60,533 bases of DNA from Chiloscyllium plagiosum (Eukaryota): contig NC_057719.1 in assembly GCF_004010195.1 (NCBI RefSeq), positions 22,064,437 to 22,124,969 on the forward strand. Direction: 5' to 3'. Positions within the stretch are counted from its first letter, which is position 1. Every line of letters begins with the position of its first letter. Both the position numbers and the translations under genes were made by a program. Below are positions 34,811-47,059 of the stretch, piece by piece. The notes beneath the pieces were generated by a model. It did not search any database, was not told the DNA's origin, and was given only the letters and a program-made list of their open reading frames with translations.

Positions 34811-35616
34811 TGAGTTTTAGTTGGAGGCCTGCCTGAGAATGCTTTTAAAAATCAAGAACAAAAAGTAGTATCAAGATATACATGTGAAATTTCTCTTCAT
34901 TCAACAAAGCTTCCAGCCATTTTCAGATAAGCAGCTATCCTTTTGCATGACTAGTGAAAGGAGTTTTCTTGATAAATCAAGATGGCTGTTGTGCTATTCA
35001 CCTTCAGATGTGACCTGTGCAATTCAGGAATTTTTAGTTTCTATTTCAGTCTAACCTTTGCCTTTTAAATCCCACTTCCTTTTATCCTCGTCAGAGGAGC
35101 AGAGTTCAAATGATTTTGTGCACTTGTCAATCAAAAGAAATTCTGCTTTTACTTTTTTGAGGCAGCTGTGAATCAGTCACTGGGCTCCGGATGTTTACCA
35201 GATTTTATCAGGCAATTTGACGGCCTTATAGGAGTCACAGGGGTTTGGACAATTCAATTAGAATCTGTTTCTTGACCTACTGAGTCAGTTTGCATCTCTG
35301 CTGTAGTTATGTCTGGGCTCAATAGCTGAAACGAAATACCATTGATGTTGTAACCCATTGTAATGTTTGCTCAGATCCAATAATTTTTATCACTAAGATC
35401 CAACATGACAAATTTTAATGCTAATCACTGTTTGACAACAGAATTTTAATTTTGAATTATTCATTTCAAGGATGCACTGTTTAATCTGTATTTGTAAAGC
35501 TTGCACTCTTGATACTTGTTGCTCATAAAGTATAGCTATCACTTACTCTGGGGACTGAGAGGTCATCACAGCTTAAAGGACAAAGATCAGTGAGGTTTTT
35601 AAACTATAGGCTCTAT

Positions 35617-35730
35617 GTCCTTCTATTCCACTCATTCAGGGCACATCTTGTTAATAAAGTTTCAACTTTGATCTCCAGTATCTGCAGACCTCACGTCCTT
35701 CTATTCCACTCATTCAGGGCACATCTTGTT
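35617..35730 (+). mobile_element. 42-bp PLE 3' tip (35653-35694) flanked by a perfect 36-bp direct duplication
   Basis: GTCCTTCTATTCCACTCATTCAGGGCACATCTTGTT occurs at 35617-35652 and 35695-35730. The insert matches 938-979 with one mismatch. Confidence 0.92.
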
Positions 35731-35864
35731 GTGGTAGTAGAATTCTAAATTCCAGAATTTTAAAACATTAATCTGGCTTTTGAATTTCACTTATTTTGCT
35801 GATGAGCTCTCTGAAAGGTTGTTGATTCCTGCTACAGTAGGGGCAGATGGCTATACCTCACCAT

Positions 35865-37550
35865 TCAAATAGAATCAGGCCATTCAGCCAGTCAAGCCAA
35901 TTCTGCCAGTCAAGATGATGGTTGATCTGTTTGTGTTTTGAGTTCCACATTTTCATCTACCCTCCGATGACCTTAAATTCCCCTGCCTCACGAAAATCTA
36001 GATAATTCTGCTGTCTGTTGATGCAGAGAGCATTTCAAAGTCACATGACTGTCTGGAGAGAGAAAAAAAAAATCTCTTCGTAGTTTGAAAAAGGCAACCC
36101 TTAGTTTTAAGAAAAGTTCTTTCTAGTTCTGGATTGATTCACAAGAGGAAATAGATTTTCCATGTTAACCTTGTTAATATCATTCAGGACTGCATGTTCA
36201 ATTCACCCACCTTCACTTTTCTGAACTCCAGTGAAAATGAGCTCAGCATTTACAACCTATCCTCACACAACCACCCACTCATTTCAGCTATTCATTTCGT
36301 AAACCTCTTCTGAACCACCTCCAAATGCATTTATATCATTTCTTAAGTAACAAGACAAAAGCTGAACACAGTATTCAAGATGTGCTCTGTATAACAAATA
36401 TGACATCCTTACTTCTCAATTCAACTTCTTTCACAATAGAAGGATGACATTAGACTCCTTGATCACTTACTGTACTCACATGAATTTTTGTGACTCATCC
36501 ACTAGAACACCAACATCCCTCATGTCCCATCTAATCCTTTTGCCACTTAGCTTGAATCTATGAGCACTAGTTTTTGACCCCTCTGCCAAGGGAAGCAGGT
36601 TTCTCCTGTCTACTCTATCTCTACCCCTCACAATTCTATACACCTCAACCACTCCTCCACCTTCTGCGTTCCAAGGAAAACAACCCCAATCTCTCCAATC
36701 TTTCCTCACAGCTACCATTCTAGTAAATCTTCTCTGCACTCTCTAAATTCTTCTTGTAATGTGGTGACCAGAACTGCACACAATACTCCAATTGTTGTCT
36801 CACCAATGTCTTATGCAGTTTCATCATTATTTTCCTACTTTTGTATTCTATACTTCTGCCAGTGAAGGAGAGCATTCTATATGCCTTCTTTACAACCACA
36901 TCTACCCGTACTGCTACCTTGACGTTCCTGTACACATGCAAACCAAGATCTCCCACAATATAAACATCTTCCAGTGTGTTCCCAATTGTTTTGTATTCCA
37001 TTTTAATAATGGATCTCCCTAAATGCATTACCTCACGTTTATCAGAGTTGAACTCCATCTGCCTTTTTCCTGTACACTCCACTAACCCATCTCAATCATT
37101 GGAGCTAACAGCTATCCTCTACATGATCCACTACATGGCCAATTTTGTGTTGACTACAAAGTTTCCAATATTGCACCCTGTATTCAAGTCTAAATCATTA
37201 ATGTATAAAATAAACAGCAGGGTCTCAGTGTGGAGCCCTTCGGAAAGCCATTTGAAACAGATTTCCATTTGCAAGAGCAGCCATTGATCATTGCCCTTTG
37301 TTTCCTGTTCCTAAGCCAACTTTGGATTCAATTCAACACATTGCACTGTATCCCATGACTTTTACTTTATTGGCCAGTCTGCCATGTGGGACTTTGTTAA
37401 ATGCCTCTCTAAAATCCATGCAGACAACATCTACTGTACTACCCACATCAATCTTCATTGTCACTTCCCCAAAGAATTCAATCCAATTTGTAAGGCATGA
37501 CCTTCCCTTAACAAAAGCCATGCTGACTCTCCCTGATGAGTCCATGCCTT
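35865..37550 (-). mobile_element. Two adjacent degenerate CR1 fragments (~35865-36530 and ~36530-37550)
   Basis: FVKGRSCLTN..EFF..VDVVCMDFREAFNKVPH, KTLVRQQLEYCVQFWSP, QRRFTRMV. Confidence 0.9.
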
Positions 37551-38559
37551 CCTTTAAGCAGGTCACCCTGAGTTCAGGACCAGATGGGTGCAGTGGGAGC
37601 TTAGAACAAAGAGCTGGGAAGATGAAACCTGGGGATAGAAGTGATAGCACTCATAAGAAAGGCCTTGTGGGGCAGGACATTCATAGAGATACATCCCTTC
37701 CTCTCCCTGCCCAAGACCTGAGCATACTTTTCCATGGCATCCTCCTGATCTTGAGCTCCTCTCACCAACCTGAAAATTGCAACCTGGCAGGAATTAACTA
37801 TTGGCCTCAAAACAGGCAAGGGTGAATGAGGCCAAGCCTTGCCTATGCCATTCTAAAATTGTGGAAAAGGTTGGGTCAGGTTGAATTTTAGTAGCATCTG
37901 CCCCTCCCACCACCTCCCACCTGCAAAACTACTGGCATCGGACCACGAAATCACCCATTTTGTCAAAGCAGGGACATACACAGTAGCTAAAGTCAGATCA
38001 ACGGGAAGCACAAGAGGGGGTTATGGAGTTACAGCAAGTTCCAGGATCATGGTCAACTAGGCCACGGAGAGGTTTGAAAACAAATGACAAATTCATAAAA
38101 CAGCAACTACCACTGTTAGTCTGCCAGTTTTACAAAACTCTCTAAGATGAATGGATATGACAGCATGGAGATCTGCCAGTTTAGTAGATGTATCTTGTAA
38201 TGTTACATTGACAATAGGGGACAATATGTCTTCCTCTTATGTGATCTCAGGTGGGACTTCTGATCTATGATGCATTGAAGCATTTGGAGATTAAAGCTGC
38301 CTCAGCAAGGCAAGAAATGGATCTCACCTCAATAACTGAGTGAGAAAATTAAATCAAGGAGTAGCTCTCACTCCTCTGCTTTTCCAAAACCTTTACTTAT
38401 GCAGGCCTGTGGCAAGAACTAGTTTTGGCTTGGGCATGAGACCTTACTTGTCAAAATAACCTGCAACCTTCACTACAGGTAATTACACAAACAATGGATG
38501 TTTGGCTGAGGCATGTGAGGATCTGTAATACACACCACCAATTATTATTTGTCCAGCGA

Positions 38560-39455
38560 TCGAGTTATACAGCATGGAAACAGAATCTTTGGTCCAATTT
38601 GTTCATGCCAACCAGATATCCTAAACTGATCTCGTTCCATTTACCAGCATTTAGCCCATATCCCTCTCAACCCTTCCTATTCATATACCCATCCAGATGC
38701 CTTTTAAATGCTGTAATTGTACCAACCTCCACCAATTCCCCTGGAAACTCATTCCATGCATGCACCACACACTGCATGAAACATTTATCCCTCATGTCTC
38801 TTTCAAAATTTTCCCCTCTCACCTTAAATCTATGCCCTCTGGTTTTGGACTCCTTACCCTGGGAAAAAGACCTTAGCTATTCACTCTATCCAAGTCCCTC
38901 ATGAATTTATAAGCCTCTACAAGATCACCCCTCAGCATCTGACACTTCAGGGATAAAAGTCATGATCTATTCAGCCTCTGCCTATAGACCGAACCTTCCA
39001 ATCCTGGTAACATCCTTATAAGTCTTTTCTGAACCGTTTCGAGTTTATCAACATCTTTCCTCTAGCAGGGAGATCAGAATTGAATGCAGTATTCTAAAAG
39101 TGGACTAGCGAATGCTCTGTACAGCTACAACATGACCTTGCAACTCCTATACTCAATGAACTGACCAATAAAGGTAAGTGTACCAAATGCTTCTTCACTA
39201 CCCTTTCTATGTGCAACTCCACTTTCAAGGAACTATGCATCTGTACCCCAGGTGTCTTTGTTCAGCCACGCTACCCAGGGACCTATCATTAACTGTACAA
39301 ATCCTGATCTGGTTTGCCTTATGAAAATGCAACACCTTACATTTACCTAAATTAAACTCCATCTATCATTCCTCGGCCCACTGGCCCATCTGATCTCGGT
39401 CTCATTGTACTCTGAGATAATCTTCTTCACTGTCCATTACACCAACAATTTTCTG
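38560..39455 (-). mobile_element. CR1 LINE, RT C-terminus to 3' end
   Basis: Tail TACAGCATGGAAACAGA; GATCAGAATTGAATGCAGTATTCTA (= LEYCIQF); similar to 15121-15470. Confidence 0.9.
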
Positions 39456-40344
39456 TTAAACAGAAGGTCAGAACTGGCAAGTGGGTGGACCAAATAAGCC
39501 AAGCTGTATTCTTGTTGTTATCATCATGGCTTCTCTGCACAGATTGGAACATAAATATACAAAAGACAGTCCCTTCTATAAATCTGCCCAGTGACAATCT
39601 TCACTGGTACAAATCTCTACCACTGAATGAAAACATCGATCAAACATGTACATTACATTCTCAATAACATCAGGAGCACATGTTATGTATATTTCCTGGT
39701 TTTGCCTTCTTTAAAGGAATTAAATATGCCAATTTGAGAAATGCATCTAAAATAAAAATCAATACACTCAATTAATTGTGCTAATCAGATCCAAACAACA
39801 GTAAGTAATATTCATTGGTAGCTGCAAGTGCATTTCCAGACTGCCTTACTTTTATTTAAAATATGATATTGGTTTATATTGGAATAAAACAAACCATCAT
39901 TAATGATATCTGAAATTAAGCAGTTCAAGAGATTTATTTACCCTGTGCTGAGAGACAAGAGAGAGCTCTGTGAACAGCAAGAATTGGAATTCACTTGAAG
40001 GGCTCTGGAACAAAGATGATCAGAATAACTGACACCATCCACTGTTAAAGCTTTCTTCTGAAGTCTGTCCTGACCATTAATCAGGAAAATTGTTGCCACC
40101 TGAACATTTGAGATCCCACACACATCTTGTCAAGGCAGTAGTAAACCATCCTTAGTACCAAGATTATTTTTTAAAACAGCTAGATTGTACAGTGCTAACA
40201 TTAGAGGCCTGCATTCCATGCACAATGCTGCATTTATTGGAACCTTATTAGCCATTATTTCCGAAGTAACTCAGGCATGTTTAAATGACATTTATTTGCT
40301 TGATCATTTGACTACATTTTAGCAGCATTTTTCAGAAATAGAAT

Positions 40345-40589
40345 AAGTATTTATTGTCATGTGTTCTCAAGTAAAGGAATACAGGAGTACAATGAAAAAT
40401 GTACAAAGTTGCCATCTTGGTTTCATGCTTGATTTCAAAACCACAATTTAAAATAAAAAGCAGAAATAAAAGAAACAAAGCTAAAAAGAGTAGAAAAGCA
40501 TCCAGGTATTAGAGTCTTAATTAAGTTTTATCTCCATGCAGTCACACGGGTCAAGCCAAGGCTTGGAGTCTCGGGAGGAGAACTCTGTG
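40345..40589 (-). mobile_element. Unclassified retroposon 3' part (GTGACAATAAA-type tail) abutting the minisatellite
   Basis: TTTATTGTCATGTG..ACAGGAGTACAATGAAAAATGTACAAAGTTGCCA resembles 24210-24270. Confidence 0.55.
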
Positions 40590-41207
40590 ATCAGAGGGTG
40601 TGAGGGGGCCCCACACTGTCCCAGGACCCAGCAGTCAGAGGCTGTGAGGGGGCCCTGCAATGTCCCAGGATCCAGCAATCAGAGGCTGTGAGGGGGCTCT
40701 GCAATGTCCCAGGAGCCAGCAATCAGAGGCTGTGAGGGGGCCCTGCACTGTCCCAGGACCCAGCAATCAGAGGCTGTGAGGGGGCCCTGCAATGTCCCAG
40801 GACCCAGCAATCAGAGGCTGTGACGGGGCTCTGCAATGTCCCAGGATCCAGCAATCAGAGGCTGTGAGGGGGCCCTGCACTGTCCCAGGACCCAGCAATC
40901 AGAGGCTGTGAGGGGGCCCCGCACTGTCCCAGGACCCAGCAATCAGAGGCTGTGAGGGGGCCCTGCACTGTCCCAGGATCCAGCAATCAGAGGCTGTGAG
41001 GGGGCCCTGCACTGTCCCAGGACCCAGCAATCAGAGGCTGTGAGGGGGCCCCACACTGTCCCAGGACCCAGCATCAGAGGCTGTGAGGGGGCCCTGCACT
41101 GTCCCAGGAGCCAGCAATCAGAGGCTGTAAGGGGGCACTGCAATGTCCCAGGACCCAGCAATCAGAGGCTGTGAGGGGGCCCTGCACTGTCCCAGGACCC
41201 AGCAATC
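40590..41207. repeat. GC-rich minisatellite, 44-bp unit x14
   Basis: Unit ATCAGAGGCTGTGAGGGGGCCCTGCACTGTCCCAGGACCCAGCA. Starts at 40590, 40634 ... 41030, 41073 (1-bp loss), 41117 and 41161. Confidence 0.98.
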
Positions 41208-41704
41208 CCAGGGCTGCATGCAAGCCCTGCCCATGCTTGTTCCAGAACCCAGTTGCAGCACTGTTAACTAAAATTGCCGTTGTGTATGATATTAATTTCA
41301 TTACAATGTCTCCTATACTTCATGCCTAACATTGCCCTCAATTGTTTTTCACTCTAATGTACTGTATCATGTTATGACATTTAAGAATGTAATGTTGATG
41401 GTTATGAAATATTCAAAACAATATAGACTTCAAAGTTTTCATTTTAAGTTTTGAACAGCTGTCCTGGAACAGATATAATGTTTACTGTTAGAGAACATTG
41501 AGTTGTTATAAATGGTAACTATAACTAAAGTTGATCAGCGTGTAGTCTTTGAAATTCAGTGTTATTTGCTGAAAATAATTAAGAATGAGCGTGTTCAATT
41601 TGAAGATTTAAAAATAACAAGTTTCAATCGTCTAACCTTTCCTTCCTGAATGGATTGATCATCTTCACTCCTCCTCTCTCTTTTTTGACCTCTTTACATT
41701 TCCG

Positions 41705-42140
41705 TGACAGCGCAGCAGCAGAATGGTTGGCACTGCTGCCTCACAATGCTACAAGAGATCAGAGCATGCTGACCCCACCATTAAACCCTTGGACATCAAT
41801 TGCACTTTACCTCCTGCCCCTTGATCTCTTGAAGGACAAAAAAAATTATCTCTTTCACACACACATACAGACCGACACAGACACACAGATTTAAATATGT
41901 TCAACAATGAAACACTTACAACCCTCTGTGGTTTAGAAGTCCAAAGATTTATATCCCTTTTATGGAGGAACTTTCTCCCCATCCCTGTCCTCAATGGTCA
42001 TCCACTTATCCTGAGACTATGCTCCTGTGAATTAGACTCCTTACCCCACCATCCCCCAACCCCTGCACCCCTGTAGCCAGCAAAACAAAAACTGCTCAGT
42101 TTACACCTTGTCATACCCTTTCTCAATCATATATGCTTCA
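41705..42140. mobile_element. HE1 head fragment (+, ~41705-41760) followed by an old CR1 3' fragment (-, ~41770-42140)
   Basis: TGGTTGGCACTGCTGCCTCACA, then CCCCTTGATC..GAAGTCCAAAGATT..CTTTCTCCCCATCCCTGTCCT. Confidence 0.6.
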
Positions 42141-43369
42141 GACAGAAATAGCCCTTTCCATTCATAAAATACTAACTTTCACAGAAATGGAAATGTTTTG
42201 AATGATGAGGTGATGTTTCAAAGTATTAGAGGTGGTTAAAAGACATAGAATATTGGAGATCTACCATGGACATTCAGTGTTCTTCACAATCACCAAGTTC
42301 TTGACCTTAGCTATAAAATTATGAATGGTACCAAGTTAAAGCCTGGATAGTGCACTGATGATGAACTTCGACAATTGCTCATTCCTAAATTATGTTCACA
42401 CAACTTTTACCACGTGATTACACTGGCATTGACTCCAGCCTGTTTAATGTAAAAAGCAGGGTTCTAGGAAAGTAAAATAAAGAATAAAGGACTGAAGAAT
42501 ACAAAGTGTTGAGATAAAAAATGATTTCAAATTAGAGTTGCAGCTATTTACCAACTGCTTATGATTTATATGTAAAAAATTGAGGGAAAAAGAATTTGTG
42601 GTGAGAATCGTGTTTAGCAATTGAAATGCAAAACCTAAACCTTTGTGAAAACAGGCCTATGCTTTGTAACTTAATATCGTGTTCATACAAACAGATTCAA
42701 GTTTAGAATTACTGTTGCCATAAAGTATGTATCTGCAGGTTTCAGTGTAAGGAAATGATGCATTGTGTATTGTTCAGAGGTACATTTTTCTGTGTTGAAT
42801 ATGTTGCTTAACATAGTTCAGCTTCGAGTTAATTATAATTGGATTGCATTTGTACCTGGAGCCAAATCCCTCTGTAGGGTTTGCCGACTTGCCAAAAAGT
42901 ATGAAAGCAATCATCAGATAAAAGTATAAGCATATACCATGTCATTTAGTTGATGTGAAATGTACCAAGCCCAGTTGGATTTAGTGCAGTACTTTTTGTA
43001 AACTTATGCTGCCAGCAAGTAGCTTTTCTTGGAACAAACATAGGATTTGAGTTGCACAGGCCCATGCATGCTACACTTCACAGGAAAGAAAGCTTTTAGG
43101 CAAATAGAAGCAACACCAGTGGCCAAGACAAGCAGCCTTTGGCTATCTAACTGACCTTAAAAGAATTAAACGACCTTCTTCAGAACTCACTCCTCACCAC
43201 TCGCCCTGCTCCTGTAAAATGGTCACCATAATAATTCTAAGCTCACAGAAGCTGGATCATTAATGTCAGGCTTGACTTTGATTGAAGAAGAAGTTCTGAA
43301 ATAAATTGTTAAAGTGGTTCCCTAGTTGAGATTACTGAGGATTTTGTCAATAACTTGCATCAAGAAATG

Positions 43370-43910
43370 CCACTTACATTATTAGGTCAGAGGCTGGGAA
43401 TACTGTAGTGAGTGACCCTCCTCCTGAATCCTCAGATCCTTTTCACATCAGTAAGATACATGACAAACAGAACAACGGAATATTCTTCACTTGCGTGAAG
43501 ACTTGAAAACATTTCAGAAGTTTAACACTATCTATAGGAAAACAGCCCACCTGATCAACTTCCAATCCACCACCTTAGTGGGTTCATGCTGCCCATCACT
43601 AACAACTTATCCATGCTTCTTGGACACCATCTTCCAAACTCATGGTCCTCATCATTGGGAAATACAGGAAGAGAAGACAGTTCATGAGAAAGCCACCCAT
43701 CCAGGCTCCTCTCTAAGTCAAATCACCAATCCTTTAACAGATGGCAAAATGATGCAACTTCCTCCCTCACAGAATTGTGGGAATAGATTCACCACATGAT
43801 CTGTCATGGTCAAAGAGCTGGTTCAATGTCACCACCTCTGCCATTTAAGATTGGACAATAAAGGCTAACCTTGTCAGTAATGAACACATTCTGTGAATAT
43901 ATTTGAACAA
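43370..43910 (+). mobile_element. Decayed 3' part of the second CR1/L2-group family
   Basis: AGGTCAGAGGCTGGGAATACTG..AAAACAGCCCACCTGAT..GGACAATAAAGGCT..CACATTCTGTGAAT, collinear with 5800-6670. Confidence 0.7.
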
Positions 43911-43974
43911 GAAGGTGTCCCTATGGCTTTAGATAATACGGTAGCTACTTTTCTGTTTAAGCTTGGGCAATCTC

Positions 43975-44200
43975 TTAGAGTTGTAGAGATGTACAGCTTG
44001 GAAACAGACCCTTTGGTTTAACTCATCCATGCCAACCAGGTATCCTAAATTAATCTAGTTCCATTCACCAGTACTTGGCACATATCCCTCTAAACCCTTC
44101 CTATTCATACACCCATGCTTTTAAATGTTGTAATTCTACCAGCCTCCATCACTTCCTCTAGCAGTTCATTCCATAAGCGCACCACTCTCTGAGTGAAGAC
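43975..44200 (-). mobile_element. CR1 3' tail
   Basis: Closely similar to 15130-15350. Confidence 0.88.
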
Positions 44201-45306
44201 GTTATTCACAAAATGCCCACATTATGTTAACAGTTCAGGTTGGTGGTCTTCCTGACTTTCAGTAGCCAAATGGTTCATTAAACAAATTTGTGACTATTCT
44301 TTCTGAACATTATATGGACAATTTAAAACAATTAATTTTGAAATAGGGTCACCTTACAGCTTATGAATATACAGACAAATACGGTGGTGATGACAACAAA
44401 AATTGAAATGCAGCATGTCAAAAACCTGTGCAATAATGTGCACTCAAATGCAATGTATAACACATAGTGAAAATGGATGTTGAGTTCAATGAGTGGCCTT
44501 TTTATGACTTTATTTTTGCAGATCCAGACATAGAAAATAAGCAAGATTGGCATGAGTTCAGAAAATATCCAAAGGAATCTTTCTGAGCAAGCAAGGTTAA
44601 GGTAACAAAGGAAGTTAAGTCAGTGAAGAGGAAGGGGAAGGGATATATGAGCACTCTGATAGAAAGGTCAGATAGGCAGGAGAAACTCTGGAATTGTGTG
44701 AGGCAAGAAGCCAGGAGAAAGGAGGGAAGTCTGTCGCTGTTTGAAGTCTGACTAACAAGACTATCTCAGGAGACTTAGAGTCAATGCTGGGTTAAATGAG
44801 GAAAACATGCATGAATTTATCAAGTATTCTGAAGTAATAGGTGATGCATTGTTTAATGCGCTGCCTCGCTAGATTATTGAATAAGATGATTTTTTTTCTC
44901 CATCTGGATATTGCATACAACTAAGAAAGTAAGCTGTTGCAGACTTTAGAAGTGATTATCAACAGATGAAGAAATGTGATCCTCAGTAAATTGTTAAGCT
45001 GAAACAGTGTCTTGAAGAAAGCTTTAATTCCAGCTGAGAGAATTGAAATATTACTTCGTTCAGAGCAAACCACACAATGAAGGAGAAACCCACTCCAGGG
45101 AAAGGATGATACCACAATACACGGTTAAGAACAAAATGCTACAGCTAATTGTTAAATTGATTCAGAAAGTTATTCAAAGCACACAGCACATAGGTGCATA
45201 GTCTAACTGAAGGATAGTCACAGGCGCATGTAAAAATAGTTACGAGAAACAAAAAGGCACCCTTCTGTATTCTCTCCTCAACAAAGCACATGTATTATTG
45301 TACAAA

Positions 45307-45506
45307 GTTAAAAATCATACAACACCAGGTTATAATCCAACAGGTTTAATTGGAAGCACACTAGCTTTTGGAGCACCCCCCCTCATCAGGTGGTTGAGGT
45401 GAAGGAGCTAGTGTGCTTCCAATTAAACCTGTTGGACTATAACCTGGTGTTGTGTGATTTTTAACGTGGTACACCCCAGTCCAACACCGGCATCTCCAAA
45501 TCATGA
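45307..45506 (+). mobile_element. Fold-back mini-PLE (family C) with 60-bp inverted arms and 15-bp TSD
   Basis: Arms 45307-45366 and 45406-45465 (58/60 complementary); TSD GTATTATTGTACAAA at 45292-45306 and 45507-45521; minus-strand hammerhead relic at 45359-45392. Confidence 0.85.
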
Positions 45507-46407
45507 GTATTATTGTACAAAATCAATAGAATGGTCCTCAAGCCAAATCCATGTCTGTTTGGTGTCGCACTGTTTGTAAAGTGCATATCCTTCTTGGACG
45601 GTATCTGCTACTTATGATGTAGCATAATTTTTTTAACTTAAACAACCTGTTCAGACCTCTGGAGCAGGTGGGACTTCAAACCAGTATTACTGCAGCCTTA
45701 AAGTAAATTGCAAGCCAAGAATAATTTTAATAAAGTAAAGAATACTCCCACACATCATGTATAAAGAAAGATTTGAAACATTATGATAATATTAAACATG
45801 GCTGAAGCTCGTTTCAGCTATATTGCGATGGCTGAATTGAAGCTGAGCACACATCACTTTAATTCAGATTTATTGCTTGCCTTGTTAAACTGGAAGTGAA
45901 CATGGGAATCATTTTTTACTGGAACTCCAGTCCTAATTACGTCAGTGCAGTTATGTCTTTCTATCTCAGTTCCTGGCCAAATTCTTCCATTCCCAAATCA
46001 TCCTATTCTCTAACTATCAAGTTCAAACTACAAAATACACTTTTAAAAAAATAAGAGACGGTGACAAGCATTGTACTTGTTTTTTTTTAAACTTCAGTTT
46101 GCATCAAGACATGTTTAATATAAAATTAAGAAGTATAGTTTTGTTAAAACAGACACCAATGCTGAACAGTAATTTATTAAGATCCTAAGTGATGTTCTGA
46201 TTATCACACCTCTTGCCTCAGAAATAGATAAGGGTATCAAGGAACAAATACTAATATCTTAACTGCATTATCCTATTTAATTACTTAATCTGTTGCTATT
46301 GTACTCTTTAATTCCCACTTCCAATTGCTCTGTATAGCCCTAGGTAGTGGGCTCCCATGACTTAAATTCAATCCCCAAAGTCAATTTCCACCTTCTGATT
46401 TCTGTGG

Positions 46408-46623
46408 AGAAAATGCTGGAAAATCTCTGCATGTCTGGCAGCATCTGTAAGGAGAGAAAAGAGCTGACGTTTCGAGTCTTTGACAAAGGGCTTTGACAAA
46501 GGGTCAGTTAGACGCGAAACATCAGTTCTTTTCTCTCCTTACAGATGCTGCCAGACCTGCTGAGATTTTCCAGCATTTTCTCTTTTGATTTCAGATTCCA
46601 GCATCTGCAGTAATTTGCTTTTA
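46408..46623 (+). mobile_element. Fold-back mini-PLE (family B) with ~72-bp inverted arms and 15-bp TSD
   Basis: Arms ~46408-46479 and ~46510-46581; perfect TSD TTCTGATTTCTGTGG at 46393-46407 and 46624-46638; tail TTCCAGCATCTGCAG. Confidence 0.9.
46490..46526 (+). ncRNA. Variant minimal hammerhead ribozyme with U3-A8 core (TTGACAA)
   Basis: GCT-TTGACAA-A-GGGTC-agtta-GACGC-GAAA-C-ATC-AGT. The inverted arm preserves the ancestral GACTC-GAAACGTC-AGC. Confidence 0.65.
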
Positions 46624-47059
46624 TTCTGATTTCTGTGGTTGCTTTGTTTTTGCAAAATTTAGTTGCAGCTACATTTTTGAGTTGACATACTAGCAGTTCT
46701 GCGTTATTAATGTATTCGGCTGTTTTCTACATCCTTTAGCAACCCAGCATTCCTCAATGCCAACAAGCATATGCATTACTTGACACTTTCAAAACTGACA
46801 GGCCAGCAATTCTGTTTCTTTCTCATATCAAGTACAGTTACAGGATAAACAAGCTGTTGATGTTTCTGCAAATTATATTTTTTGCCTGTCAGACTCTTCA
46901 ATGTTTCACTGTAGATAGACTAATTAACCCACAGAGCATGCAAAAGTTGTTATTTTTGCAAATGCATCTCACTTTTAGCAGAAAAGATAAAGAACATGGA
47001 ATTGAAATATTTAGGAATAAAAACTTCAAAGAAAAAGTTTTTGTGATAAAGAGAGGCTT

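Noticed and set aside
40590..41207. CRISPR-like array or repetitive coding sequence
   Set aside because: Units are contiguous with no unique spacers, 44 is not a multiple of 3, and the context is vertebrate.
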